Assembly (NCBI GenBank): GCA_009602725.1
Contig: WELB01000008.1
Location: forward strand, 181,048 to 245,047
Direction of reading: 5' to 3'
DNA: 64,000 nucleotides
Origin: Spirogloea muscicola
Lineage: Eukaryota
The translations under genes and the position numbers were made by a program. Each line of letters starts with the position of its first letter. Position 1 is the stretch's first letter. The notes beneath the pieces are model-generated. The model was not told the DNA's origin and searched no databases. It worked only from the letters and a program-made list of their open reading frames with translations. Below, in pieces: positions 48,701-62,779 of the stretch.

Positions 48701-51700
48701 CAAGAAGAGCGTAAGGTAGAATATTAGAAAGTAAGTCGCCAGATGACACTATAGCTACTTCTTCTGGGCTCAAATCTGGACTCTCCTCCTCTAATGGTTG
48801 CGCCAACTGACAGGCAAGCGACTGCAGCATTTTGGCAGCAGCGAGTTGGAGCACATTCTTGGCCTTTAAGAGCTCTTCAACGGAGACTCCGTCTCCACTT
48901 TCTGATTCCTTGTCTGTCTCCTCCACCAACTGACCTGCTTCATCTGGAATACTGAGTAGGAGGATAGGCAGCAGCAATGCCTGTTTGACAGAAAGGAAGA
49001 AGGGTAGGTCAGTGCACCAGCACTACCACTGATAGACAACTTGTGCACTGGAAGACAGAGAAGGTTGCAAGCACCAATCTTCCTACCGACCTCGAGCCCT
49101 TCTCTCAATAGGACTCTTCTCAAAGAGGTGAGGTAATATCTTGCTCCAAAGCGACTCACAAGGAATTACCTGCTTCAGAACACGGTAGCAGAATTGTGAA
49201 TCTCCACAGAAATAGTCGAGGCAGTTGAGAGCAGCTAGGGTCACAGGACTTGGTGCTCTGCTTGGACCAGCAGCAGAACACATCGCCCACCAGCAACCCT
49301 TGCGCCAGCGCACATCATCCCGCAGTAGGGTCCTGCCTTCCCTGTATATCAAGAAATTCACAACAACATTTTCAAACTCAGAAAGAGTTTAATATGCAAG
49401 GAGTACAGAAGCGAAAGCAAGCCTGAGATGTGCCAGATCGGAGCTCGCAGAGACCACTGAGCAGGCTGCTTCACAAAGAGACGTGAATGCTGTCAGGCGT
49501 GCTCACGCTGAGGCCGAAGCAAGCTCCAGAACGCCCAGCGCGTCTGCAACAGCAGCCTCCAAGGCAGGGCTGCCACACACTTCAGGGTAGGCAGTACCCT
49601 CTTTGGCCGCCTTTGTTCCCAGTGATAGCACACCAAGGGCAAAATTAAGGACAGGCTGTGCTAAACTCCTCCGCCTGAAGTCACACAAGTTGTGCATGTC
49701 ATTAACAAGCACAAAGTCATGACATGCTACTTGCTGTCAAGTCCTCCAAGTCAGCCTGTACTCTGTTTCTGAAGAGCTCAGCCTCATCAAGCCACGTCCT
49801 TTGAGCAATTCCAACCACCACAAGTAAGCGCTCACTCTGCAAAGTAAGTATTGCGCAGTATCCTGGCCGCATATGACAATATGTTGGCCATGAGATCTGG
49901 GCAATCTTCCCGCTGTGCAATGCACACACGCAGTGCAGGTGTAGCTGCACTTATTACAACTGTGTCTGCATCCTCTGGAAGATGTATTTCCGGGTATCTT
50001 TCTTGCACCAAGGCCTGTCAAAAGCTTAGCACTGCATGTGTAAGCCAAAACTGAGAAACAAAAGCCAAAACAGAACTAGGAGCAGCATTCGATGGTTCTA
50101 GACATGCAGTACTTGACAAGACGAAGCTTGTATTATCCTAACATGCTGGGAAACTGAACAACCAAGCAACTGCCTCACTACTATTTGACCCCAATGTGTG
50201 AGTAGCAACTTGTATCAGAAAGTTTGCACTTGGCCAAGACTGTCACACATACGTATATCATACTCCTGTAGTCAACTCGCCCTCTGCAGTAAGCAAAGCT
50301 GCCACTAGTCAGAAGCAATCATCAATAAGGGAAGTTCTGTGTGACCTGGGCATGAAGTAGGGCAACCACTCTTGCGACCTCCTTCCGCCAAGTGCTTGGG
50401 ACATCTCCACCCCCTATTATTCTCAATAGCTCCTGGCAAGACAGGAGGCCAGATTAAGTGCCATGGCCCCTTGAGAACGTTGAGGGCTGCTTGTGGCAAG
50501 TAAAAAGTTACTATTAGGCATATTGTGAAAGTCTTCACATTCAATTCACTGTATTCCTCGTGACCTCGTTGTGGATATCAAAGACAATGACGGGAGTGAG
50601 TATGCTGGGCTCAGGTGGCTTCTTGAAGCTTACTGTCATGATGGCCTTATGGAATGATGACACATCATTGATATGGTGGCTTGGAAAAGCTTCTATATCA
50701 AGGAGATGGTGCAGATATACAGGTGCTACAAAAATTGCATCTGGCAGGATCAGTCCACAGAGAAGCAGCACACACATTACACAATCAGTCTACAATGAGC
50801 ACAGGAGTACACAAGAGCTGCATGAAAACCAACGCACTTAAGCAGCCATCGGCTCATGTAAGACATCTACTCAGGAGTAGTGCAGCAATCAATCTTGCAA
50901 GAGAGGAAGCAAACCAGCTAATTCGGGGTAGCTGACAGGCGACCGACTAGAGTATATGTAAACGGCCTGAGGATCAGAAGCTCTGGCCTTCACGTAGGGT
51001 TCCAAACTTGTTGTGACGTGCTCAACTAGCAGCGCTTTCATCTCGTTGTTCCATATCACTTCAGGGTCTTGGACATCTGAATCAATTATGTCTTTCATGA
51101 CTTCAGGACCCTGCAGAATGACAAATAGCCTTCAGGTCTGCATAATATGGACCCACCAAGTCTGTAGCAGGCATGTACAATCTCAGATGCTCATTGGTCC
51201 ACACTGATTGTTCCAGGAGCGTGTAGCGCAGGTGTACAGCCCCAAAAGAGGCGTGAGATCCGACACAATCAAGCTGGTGGAGTACAACGTCAACAGGATA
51301 CTAGCTAGCTCCACTGGAAGGCAGAACACAACAGTCATCTTTTCTATTGATGACCGAAACGATCACTGTGGCACTCTACCTCAGAAATGAGCTTCACAAT
51401 GATCCCAGGTGGAAAATACAACTGGAGAATGCTCTCATGCCAAGGCAAATGGTCTACATGTATGATTCCTTTTGTGGGTGCCTGAGCCAATGAATCTGCA
51501 TGCTGCAAATTCAGATAACAAGCCATGAGCTGTGGCAAATGCTGGCACTGTAGTTCATGAGATGTATCACCTCCAAAGTGAGGATCTCAGTGCTTCTATG
51601 ATTATCCATTACGTCTGTATACTAACAGTAAGCCAGAGGAGAGCGGCATTTTCCATAGATTTGGCGTAGGAAAGCCAACAGCGGAGGTGCAAAAGCACCT

Positions 51701-54700
51701 CAGCGTCAATGGGGAGTACAATGACAAGTTGACATACCTGCAAAAGGTGGGATTGAGAGAAGAACTTGACGATAGCAGACCGATCACGTTCAGCTAGGTC
51801 TCCTGCGACGAGTTTCCACACCAAGATTTCAAACAAGCCAAATTTGTACATCCCAGGGGTAGCTGCCCGATTGGCTGTGCTTATGTGACTCACAACAGCC
51901 AGTAACCTGGAGATTTATCCAACATAGAAGACATCACATACACGGATTAGAACATTATTCAATCCACGAGTGAGCGTACAAGCAGGTACAAGCAACAAGG
52001 TGTGCATGACAGATTACAGCAAATAAGAAGATTCTCAATCCGTTGTGATGGTGAGGGCATGTTGTCAGCAAGAGGAGGTCACATTTGCAACCATGTGTTG
52101 TAGAGGAAGTACAAAAGTAAAAGGATAGGTTCTCTGACCTCCCAAAGACAGGGGATTTTGCTCGAAGCAAGAGTTGCACAATGTGAAAAAGAATCTCCTC
52201 ACGACAGAGGTCAAGACAGACTGCCGAGGGAGGAAACTGTTTGACTGAGTCTTCGGCTCCCGAAAGTCTGAAATAACATCAAATATAAGTCAGTTCTTTA
52301 TTTACAATGCGCAGTCTCCGAGCGAAACATTGGAAGCACAAGTGGAAATCGTGAAGAAGCCGTTCTAGGCTTCCAGTATGCAGAGACCACAAGCTTTCTA
52401 GCCGATTGTACATGCTAATGTTGTTATTGGCATTGACATTGCTTTTATCATCAACCTTTACATTTCTCGATCAACAGCTTTCACCAAGCACAAATGCACA
52501 CCTCAGCAAAGCCTCTAGCAGATCCAATGCCATTCCTAGCTGCAGCTTCTCAGGAACTTCATCGTCTTGCCATCGTATTGCTTCCCTGGCATCAACAGCG
52601 CTGTCGGCACTGCCCAGCGCGGCCTTCTGATTGGTCTCTTTGCCACAAGGTACCCGTGCCATTCGGATTTGGCCATCTGAGCCCATTACAGGGACAGTCT
52701 CTGGTCCTTGACCCTTGAAGCTAGCTGTATCGCACTCAAAGGTGGTCACATCCTTGCAGAGCTGGGTCATAAGACAAGACATGCACGATCAGACAAGCTC
52801 TCATGTCATTTGCAGCACCATGCCTGCATGACGGCGAAATGTAAAGCTGGCAATCGGAAGCTGACTCTTAGTAAGGGGCCTTTGACAAGTGTTTGTCCTC
52901 ACCGTAGCAAGGGAGAGAACTAGCATGGGGATTATCACTGTCAGGCCCCCTGCACGGATCAGATGGAGGACATTATCTCGACCACCAAGATCCATAGCAG
53001 CCACAAGGAAGACCAGGGCCTTGAAGGTGAACACGTGGTGGTCGTTCTCCAGAGCTTCTCGCAGCATGGAGACCATACTCTGGAGCAAATTACAAGTCGG
53101 TGGTAGTAAAGAAGCTCTGTCAACATGATGGACTGCTTGACTGCTATGCACTCATTCAGCATCTCCGTCAGAAAATAAGACCAAGGAGCCTGACACGAGG
53201 CCGCTAGCTTGCTTCTCAGCAGCATGCATTCAGAGTGCACAACAATCAAATTCTGATACATCCAAGACAGGCCCGTTCTTTGAGTTACCATTTGAACATT
53301 TGTCCCTGGAAAGTGGTAGGGATTGCTGACTACACCGCTGATAGTGTCTACATCAAAGGCTGCTGCTCACCTCAACAGTTTTCAGGGTCTCCATTGTTGT
53401 GGACAATTCCTCTGGATATCGCTCGTAAATCCACGACAATAAATGTACAGCTAACCTGGGGTCAACTTCAGGCAAGCCGCATGTGCCGTACAAAGGAGTG
53501 AATGCTAGGAGGAGTGCCTGGAAAACACTCTGGAAGAGCAGTGCAGGCTCTTGCAGCTGGGCAACAAGGACATCACAAAACAACCAGTCAGCAGTATACC
53601 CATGAATGAAGTAGCAGAAGAGAGTGCAGCGGAACTGTAGCTATTGTGTGGCTCTGCTTGTTGATGCCTAATTAAGCATTACTTTGTGTTATTGGACCTT
53701 GACAGTGCCTCCGTACAAGGTGGAGACGCGTGAGTTAGCGTTCAATACAAACAGTGAAGGAAACTCCACCTTCCAATGCTGCTGCCAAAATCCTGAAGTT
53801 GGAGGACTTCCTTCTACAAGAAGCTCCAGATTCAGGCCCCCAATTCGTGTGCCTGCTCAAAATGACAGCATATGCTAAGATCATGAGCAGCACCAGGACA
53901 AGACTATGCAACTTGAGGTATTGGTGCACCAAAGGTGTGGCTAGTTGCAACATCCACAAGCAGCTCCAGCAAGGGGGCAGGGGCTGTGCATTACCAGTCC
54001 GAATTTTGCTTGCAAGATAGAGGCAAGCAAGGGCCAGCAGAATGATGGAGAAGCAAGCAGACAACAAAAGCATCAAGCTGCAACTTCAGTTGAGCAAGCA
54101 GATGCTTTTGTATGTTGCAGCTACGTCAGGAGTAGCTCAGTATTGCATGATTACCTCCACCTTCGCCCAAGGCAGAGTACTCTAGCAATGCATCTCCACT
54201 GTTATAGTGCAACTCGAGCCCAGCGTTTGCAGCAATGGCAGCATCAAAGCTGCTGACTTCCTCTCGGAGAAACTGCACTACAGACAAGCTTTTGGGATCA
54301 TATTGTTGACATCAAATCGACAATGACAGCAATAAGCTTAAATAGATCCAAGCAGGCTCTCACAGGAGAATGTGCAGGCCATAATCATCGTTCTCAGTGT
54401 CATTTAGGAATGCAAGTATGGCTCATGCCGCAATCAGAGACGGCTTCTGCTGTGATGTGAATTGCGGGCTCAGCATTGTCACTTACCTTCTGCAGATCTG
54501 CTCTCTTTATGTCATTCCAGACGAGCACTGGTGTTGCTACTGTCTCAACTCTTAAAATCTCAAGTGTCTCCAGCCAGGCCAATAGTGACCTAGATTCCTG
54601 TAGGTGTGCCAGGCCAAAAGTACAGAATTTTGGCACCAGAATCTAACATGATTCTCATTTACTTGCTAGACCACTCATCAGCTTCCCACCGATGTGCTGC

Positions 54701-57700
54701 ATTTCAGCCCGACAACGTCGTCGGCCAGACTATCTGTTTGACACACCCTCTGTCTGCCACCCATGGGCATCTTCCTCCATGAGGAGATCAAGACATGAGG
54801 ATCACAAGAGCGCAATTGCTATCTCATATAATCACAGAACCCCCCCAGAAAACAGGTTGTAGTCTATACCAATGGCAGCGCTGCACTTCCCTGCATGTTA
54901 AAAATTTCCTAGCATGCTACCGTTTTCTACCTTGAGCAACATATGGATAAGACTTCATACATTTCCAGAAGGCTTGAGTTGAGCAGCTTTGGAAGCATGG
55001 ACATACATTGTACCCTGCCAAGCTCACGAAGGGCGTGTTTAGCTTGGCAATCCTGGCGGCATATATACATCTATATATGTATGTCTATATCAACGGTTCT
55101 AGTATACGCCTGCGTTTTGCTCAAAGGGCAAGACCATTGCATGAGAGGTGCATGCTTTGACACTTGCATTGACGTGCATGCTCTGACAGAGTGTAGAGAA
55201 CAGGGGCGAGTAAGCAAGTAAGCAGACAAAGTACAATGTGAAAGAGAAACAAACAAGCAGAAATAATCTGACCTCTATCTACAGACATTCTGCAAACTGG
55301 TACTTGAAGGGGAGTAACCAGCGTGCTTACTTTTGGCAGCACAGAATGCAAAAGAAACCAAGTTTCAGGATTGCCATCCATGAGGAGATGCAAGAGCTCC
55401 CCACTCAGTCTTCTTGCTCGTTCACTTACTGAAAATACTGCTGTCCGCAAGTGAAGCAGGACCACACATTGTGCAAGGGATGTTTTCTGCAGACAAACAT
55501 GATCTGATCAAGAACTGTGAAGACCCAGCTCAGGCGGCCCTGGATCAGTAATAATAAGCTCCACCATGACCGTCTGCGGACCACTGGCCTTGGGGCCTTG
55601 GTGAATTATCAAACAAGGCTTTGCATACCACTTCAAGAGCTGAGCACCCACCACATTGACCAGGAAGTTGACATGCAGATTATACAAGCCACTGGGAGAA
55701 GAAGGCTTTATCTTGTCTACCTGAAAGTGACCTGCCACATTTGGCGAGGTTACCTCCAAGATCCTCTTCAGCAAGATAGCATTGCTGGAAACAGGTGCCA
55801 TCACTGTCAAGGGTTCAACTTAGCACCTTGACTTGGAGCATGTAACTTCGCCTATGATACTGCATGGTTCTTGGAGCACGTGAAGCATCCTAGGATACTG
55901 CATGTTCAATTGAATATCAGGAAGAATTGCACCAATACTGCTGATGAGCTCATTGAGCTTCTAGGTACTCATCATCTGGAATGCTCACCTGCGAAAGACT
56001 ATTGGGACCTGTGACCGGCAAATAGAGCATAAAGTGTCTGCTGCCAGCATCAGTGAAGCTTCCCTAGCCTGCAATATACGCAGGTCAAAGTCAACTAACT
56101 CTGATGCTTGAGGGTTCCCAATCTGACAAGCACTGCAATGTAGCATCAACAGAGACATCTAGAACATTGAACGACAGCCACTTATAGAACACAGTATTTG
56201 TTACCTTAGTCCATGTTCTGTCAGCGTCTGTTTCATTGGATGGGAGATTCAGCGCTAGTGTGAAGACATCCAGTACCCCTAGGACCTGCCAAGTACATAG
56301 TCCTTATAACAGCTGTCAAAACTCGAGATTCTGTCAAGAGATGACAGGAGTACCACTAATCCAAGTGGCAAGACATGCTTTGCAAAGCCTTGACAGAGCT
56401 GTAGCCCCTAACTACCAGATCTGTCAGCACAGAGATGACTTGAACCTGCAGGGCATTTGCAGCCACAGGGGCAAAAGTGTGGAGCAATGCCACAAACTGC
56501 TTAAGATTCTCGGGGCTTAGAACCGCATGTTTGTTAGCAATCTCCTGCACATTGAGAGGAGGTGCATCAGGAGCAAGCAGCATAGGGGGTGCCACTTAAA
56601 CATCTCACTATGCAATTGGATATTGCCACTTAAATATTTCACTATGCAATTGGATATTGCGTTGCTGCAGACCTGCCATCTCCTAGTCGTAATACCCAGG
56701 AAACATTGAAGTTTGGAGATGCTAAGTCTTACAGAAGCAGCTGGGGTGGTGGTTCCGAGTAGAGCCAATGCAGCTGAGGATACAGCTCCAAGACCACTAT
56801 CCACAGCAGTTGAGTCAGTGGCAAAAAGCTTCAAAGCCATACGAGCAGTCATAGAAGCGACATAAGCAACCACTGGATTCTCTGACTTCATGGCCTGCAA
56901 GACCAACAGGGATCACCTAATGAGCCTCCAGGCTGTTGTAGATTGTACGCACCGACTGTGACTGCATACTGAGGAAATCATGATGTATGATGCACTGCCC
57001 CAGGCATTGGTTGGCTGGTGTCGCTCACCAGTAACAGTGTAGCTGTAAAGTCCGGATTGCCCCGTACAGCATCAAAGCAGGGACGAGATGCGAGAAAGCG
57101 TTGCAGGACCAAACAGCAAGTCACTGCATGCGAGGGCTGTTCACCCTGCTTGGCTGAGGGCAGTACAGATCAGCCACAACTTAGAGCAGACAGTAAGGAA
57201 TGGGTCTAAGTTCTGCCACGAGTCGTTGTTTTTGCTTGAGCAACAGTCCTCTCTAACAATGAGTCTTGCAGTTTCTGTAGCATGTATCTGATTTTTTTGT
57301 TGAGGAGCTGAGAGCATACTTAGACTTCCTCGAAGGATCTCAGAAACAGCGAACATGGGCCTAGGATCGATGCAGAGGGAGTCTCCCAACTGCACAAAGC
57401 TCAAAGTACAGGAGCTGTTAAGGAAGGCTTGCACTCGTGTTACTGGCTCACGCCGTGCGTTCCCTGTCTATTTGGACTGTATCCTTGAATACAACATTCA
57501 TTTCATAGAAAAGAGAGATGCTTTAGCCAGGCATCTGCGTGGCTTGCATCACTACCAGCCAGTCCTTGCTTGCAGGATGTAGACCAGAGATTCACACTGA
57601 CATGCATGTTGCAGACATATTCTTTCATCATTGGCAGCCATTGCAGGGGATCCCGCGCTGTATTGTAGGAGGTCATTATTCTTGAGAGATAGAATGCCTC

Positions 57701-60235
57701 GCATTCATTCTGCGACGCAAGCCAACAGTGAGAGACTGAATACTGTAGTGCATATTGAAAGCTATGCATAGGGCAATCAAAGAGAGATAGCGACTTCATG
57801 TAGATAAGCACGACCACAGTAAGAAGCCGGCTCATCACCTGGTACAACGGGAGGGGTTTGTCTGGAAATGTATGAGGGCCAAAAGGGTCCATGTGTATGC
57901 TGAATTGAAGGCCTTTTGAGAGCCCCATTATGTTGGATATGCTGGCCATGAAAGAATCTCTGTCCTGTACGAAGTAGCGAGTAGGGCGCCAGCTCCGAAA
58001 TTCTAGAAGGACCTCTGTACTCTTTGTAGCGGAAATCACCACCCCCAGGATGTCGCTGAGACTGCCACAGCAGGATCAGATCAATATATTAGCAAGAGTA
58101 AATTTTTTTGGTAAGCTTATGTAAGACAACGCAGTCCTTAAGGCGAGATAGCCACTGTTACAGTCCATCTGCACATTGTTTGTTCAGGTGCACTTGATAG
58201 GTGCCTTGAAAGTTAGAGCACCATGGTGGGTGCCAAAGTGCACTTGGAAAGTCACAGCACGATGAGAGCTGTGTATGTGTTTTGCACAAAGGCAAATGAC
58301 AATGAAGTTGACAACAAAGTGGCGTCCTTACCTATGATCACAAATGATCTCGTCAGCTCCCTTCTCTATCAAGTTGTGAGAAGTTAGATATAGAGTTCTC
58401 TCTCTCAGTTCACCAGCTTCCTCAAACCCCTTCAGAGCTGCAAATTCGTACAGGATGCTCCGATCTCGCTGCATAGAAGTTCCAAGTGATGCCATAAATC
58501 TTAAAACCACTTGGTCTACACCAGAAAAATGGTCTTGCTACCATCAGTTGATGCAGCTGCGCAGATCTGAAAGGTAAGGACGGAACATCAGTGAAGTCCT
58601 AGAAAAGATCCTGTGCCAAGGGGCTTCTTCTGACCAGAATGCTTTGTCTGGACGACACTGTATCCACCATGGCTGCTGCTGAAGTCTTCGCAAGCTGGAT
58701 GTCCCTGTTGAGGTACAGCTGGAGCATATGTATACAAGCGGAGGTAACAACAGCATGCGTTAGCTATAGAGCATGACTTGGACATCTTGGAGGCGTCACT
58801 GGCGCTCCCCTTAGTATGAATGCATTGTTTAGCTTTGAGCAGATGATCTTGTTGCCTTACACCCCATACAATAATTCATATCACGAGCAAGGACTAGTAA
58901 AAGTAGATCTGCACATTAGGCACTATGACCGACAGGGTCTGCAGATTAGACTAGCCGAAGCACATTGCATTGACATCAGCATGTCAGCTTGTACAGTTGG
59001 TGGATCATCCACCTTCATATTGCGCTGCACAGCAAGTGCAAATGCTAATGAATCGCGTAGAGACAGTCTGAGAACTCTTGACTTGAAGTGAAGAAGAACT
59101 ATGCGACCATCATCTCCCAGTATTTCAACCTGCAAAATGTCCTGCAGATTGATCTTCTTGGGGTTGGCCTGCAAGACGAAGTCCAATCTCAAATCGTAAG
59201 TACGTCCAAGCTTACAGTTCTGTCATCCTTTTGATCCATGATATGACTCTTTTCTATCAGACAAAAGGATTACTGACACTGAGCTCAATATCTGCTCTGT
59301 GCTGACCCCTCCAAGTATGGCAAAGAGAAACCACAGCACTTTACCGGGTGAGGCATGCACAGGAGCACAAGTTGCTACAGAGCATACTCTCTATCATGAT
59401 CATCCAAGAAGAGGCCTACTGTAATGTTCAGTCATTGATTCTCCTCCCTCCGATCTGCATGTAGGTAACCAGTGCTTCTAAGTGCTATATGCTGATATCA
59501 TATCTTGCACAATTCACGACATTTGCAGCTCCTTTTAGCATCCCTCTGGGTGAGGAGCACAGACCAGCTGACGCTCCAGCCTGGCGCCGGCAGCCTCCAT
59601 TTTCACAATCGACGTACTCCTTACGCGCATTACAGCGTCAACGAAGCCCTCCCTGCGGTGGCTGTGCTTCTTCAAGTGAAAATCAGTTCCTGTAGTGGCC
59701 AGAATAGATTTGCACAACCGTCCTGATATCAGCTTGAAGTAATAGATGAGCATTGGCTGTGACTGCAGCAAGCGAGCCTGCAGCTTCTTGTCATTGTCCA
59801 AGCACAATGCCAGTGACTAGGCCAAGATTGCGGGCAAAGGACGATTCCTTCTGCAGGCCACTGCCGTAAGTGCTTCAGTCAGCTTATACTTCTGCATTGA
59901 AGATAAAATAAGTAGCTTGGCTCACCAATGCCATTGAGGTCGTCCAGCTTGTTGTGGAGGGTCGTGAGGAGCTCGCTCCGGGCACTGCTCAGGAAGGTAT
60001 GCACCTCTTTGCCGCCGCTGCTGAGAGCGAAGGTCTCGAAGGAGAATTCGCAGCGGTCCTGATTGGCAAACCGCAAGTTGGTGACCATATCGAAGCTGTA
60101 CTGTGTCGCAGTGGGGTTGATTGTCGCGAGCGTGGTTATGTAGATGCCGTGCTCCGTCACCTTCAGTATCCTCGACGAGCCGCGCGTCGGGCGAGCGTAA
60201 CCGGGGAGCCGCACGAGGAACGTCTCATAGTCCAT
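45703..60235 (-). CDS. Divergent RME-8/DNAJC13/GRV2-like large endosomal trafficking protein (many exons)
   Basis: N-terminal RILKVTEHGIY...EFSF...FLSSARSELLT; IWN-type repeats TPVLVWND, DPEVIWNNEM..., PTAIWNLDVR, SPCLVWDQGTR; VSYPEL..FVAPVYLHHLLDIEAFP; DEFILGGIFVRVY; ELYLGGYYLDQFL. Confidence 0.8.
56590..56660. repeat. 34-bp tandem duplication near an RME-8-like exon boundary
   Basis: tgccacttaaaYatYtcactatgcaattggatat at 56590 and 56624. Confidence 0.9.
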
Positions 60236-60694
60236 GGCCGGCCCCCAGCGTTCGTGTGAGCGGCCGAGTAGGCCGATCGAGTCAGTGGCCCAGCCGTAAC
60301 GAACGGCAAGGACGACCGAACCGAACCGTCAGTCTGGCACTACAGAATTCGTAGGCAGCCTCATCCGAAGGCCGGCCGCGGGACGATGCAGGGCCTTGGC
60401 AGCGCCGCGGAGATTCGCCTCGGCCAGGCGGACCGGGGGCCGGGATCAATGGCAGGGTGCAGCAAGCAAGCCGGGTAAGTCTACAGCACCGCTGCAAGCC
60501 GCCGTGTGCAGCCGGGCGTCGGCGCCGCTGCCGGGTGGCCCGCGGCGCCCGCCGCCGCAAGCCGCGGCGGGGCCGAGGTTGGCGGGATGTGGGGGTGGGG
60601 CTCCACCAGCTGCCCGCGGTCGGGCCGGGCAACCGCCAACCTCGCCGGCTTCACCCGCCTTCGCTCCACTGTTCCCCTAATTCCTAATTCGCAC

Positions 60695-61186
60695 GCAGGC
60701 TCCCTCAGACCTTGTCCATTCCTTTTGGGTTGGCTTTGCCAGCCCCTTTTCTCAATGGGCGAGCACCTTCTTCTTTGGGCTGGCCTTTCCCAGCCACCAG
60801 TCAATCTGGCCGCGCTTCTCTCCCAGCTGTGTGTTTCCCTTCTTTGTTATGTAGCCCTGTTTAGATGAAGAAAGTGCTCGCCCATTGAGAATAGGGGCTG
60901 GAACAACCAGCCCGAAAAGGAATGAAAAGAGAAGGGGGCCAGGGGAAGCGCTAAGTAACAGAAACAAAGCTGCTACGAGACACTCAGTAACCCCTGCTTC
61001 GCTGCAGAGGTCCATGGCCCGGGCGCTGCACCTTCGTGCCGGCAGAGCCCTCGCTGCTGCCTCTGGCTCTGGCCAGGGGACCCACTTCCAGGAGCCCAGC
61101 ATCTCTGATCTGCGGCTGCTTAGCAGGGGTTACTGAGTGTCTCGTAGCAGCTTTGTTTCTGTTACTTAGCGCTTCCCCTGGCCCCC
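60695..61186. repeat. Largest mosaic repeat cluster, including a 65-bp perfect inverted repeat
   Basis: H/P units in both orientations; arms 60934-60998 and 61122-61186 flank the 123-bp D module. Confidence 0.9.
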
Positions 61187-61907
61187 NNNNNNNNNNNNNN
61201 NNNNNNNNNNNNNNNNNNNNNNNNNNNNNNNNNNNNNNNNNNNNNNNNNNNNNNNNNNNNNNNNNNNNNNNNNNNNNNNNNNNNNNNNNNNNNNNNNNNN
61301 NNNNNNNNNNNNNNNNNNNNNNNNNNNNNNNNNNNNNNNNNNNNNNNNNNNNNNNNNNNNNNNNNNNNNNNNNNNNNNNNNNNNNNNNNNNNNNNNNNNN
61401 NNNNNNNNNNNNNNNNNNNNNNNNNNNNNNNNNNNNNNNNNNNNNNNNNNNNNNNNNNNNNNNNNNNNNNNNNNNNNNNNNNNNNNNNNNNNNNNNNNNN
61501 NNNNNNNNNNNNNNNNNNNNNNNNNNNNNNNNNNNNNNNNNNNNNNNNNNNNNNNNNNNNNNNNNNNNNNNNNNNNNNNNNNNNNNNNNNNNNNNNNNNN
61601 NNNNNNNNNNNNNNNNNNNNNNNNNNNNNNNNNNNNNNNNNNNNNNNNNNNNNNNNNNNNNNNNNNNNNNNNNNNNNNNNNNNNNNNNNNNNNNNNNNNN
61701 NNNNNNNNNNNNNNNNNNNNNNNNNNNNNNNNNNNNNNNNNNNNNNNNNNNNNNNNNNNNNNNNNNNNNNNNNNNNNNNNNNNNNNNNNNNNNNNNNNNN
61801 NNNNNNNNNNNNNNNNNNNNNNNNNNNNNNNNNNNNNNNNNNNNNNNNNNNNNNNNNNNNNNNNNNNNNNNNNNNNNNNNNNNNNNNNNNNNNNNNNNNN
61901 NNNNNNN
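61187..61907. other. Assembly gap
   Basis: Run of N. Confidence 1.
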
Positions 61908-62448
61908 GTGAGCAGCTCGAGCCACCGAGCGCCCAGCGCCCCATGTGTGTCGATGGCCAACGGGAAGAACTCGTCTTCCCGCGGATGATCCGCGTACTTC
62001 AGCTCTTTGGCCCGAGCAGCGCAGGCGACCGCATACCCAGCCGTGGTGGCACATTTGGCTGGGTGTGAGCGGTCATAGGCATCAGTAGTCACCACGTCCA
62101 GGAGAAGACGTGGCCCGCCGGCCTGTCGGGTGGCCACCAGGTCTACACGCCTGGCATGGAGACCGTCGGCCCTGTGCTGGATTGGCATGATTCCGGAGTG
62201 CTCTGCTGCCACGGAGAAACCAGCCTCCAACAGGATGCCATGCATTACATCGCGGAGGCGGTCGTGGGCCGCTGTCCGCTCTCCGCCGTGGGAACAGCGC
62301 AGAACATGAGCAGCCAGCTCTCCAGGCTTGGTCCCGCGCTCGCCACACTCACATTGACGCGCACCCTGGAGACATGGCGGCAGTAGGCCCAGGAGCCGGT
62401 GGACGGCACTGCGGAATACCTCGTCCGGGAGGGTGAGGGCGTCGTGCG
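61908..62448 (-). mobile_element. 5'-truncated CRE-like non-LTR retrotransposon fragment (CCHC knuckle and restriction-like endonuclease)
   Basis: FRSAVHRLLGL...CECG...HVLRCSHGGERTAAHDRLRD...RRVDLV...LLDVV...AKELKY...FFPLAIDTHGALG. Confidence 0.88.
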
Positions 62449-62580
62449 AAAAGCCAGCCCAAAATCAAGTAATCCTTGCTAAGCAGCCGCAGATCAGAGA
62501 TGCTAGGCTCCTGGATAGAAAGTGGCATTCCCAATGGGGGCAAGGGCTGCGAAAAGCCAGCCTATTGACAAAGGTTCGGA
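62449..62580. repeat. Mosaic repeat modules (half H, start of D, H)
   Basis: aaaagccagcccaaaa, gctaagcagccgcagatcagagatgct, gggctgcgaaaagccagcc. Confidence 0.8.
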
Positions 62581-62779
62581 GGGGCGTATGGTATGCTCCG
62601 CCTGAGTAGATGCCAGGGCCGGGACGATGGGGCCGCAATTCTTTTCTTTGCAAGTCGCGACGGCCGCTAAGGGCGGAGTGCCGGTGGGGCTGGCATGCCC
62701 CTTGCGCTTGTGCTTGCCTTTGTACTTGGCCACACATGGCCTCCCCATCTCTTAATATACACGCATTTCCCCTTGCGGT

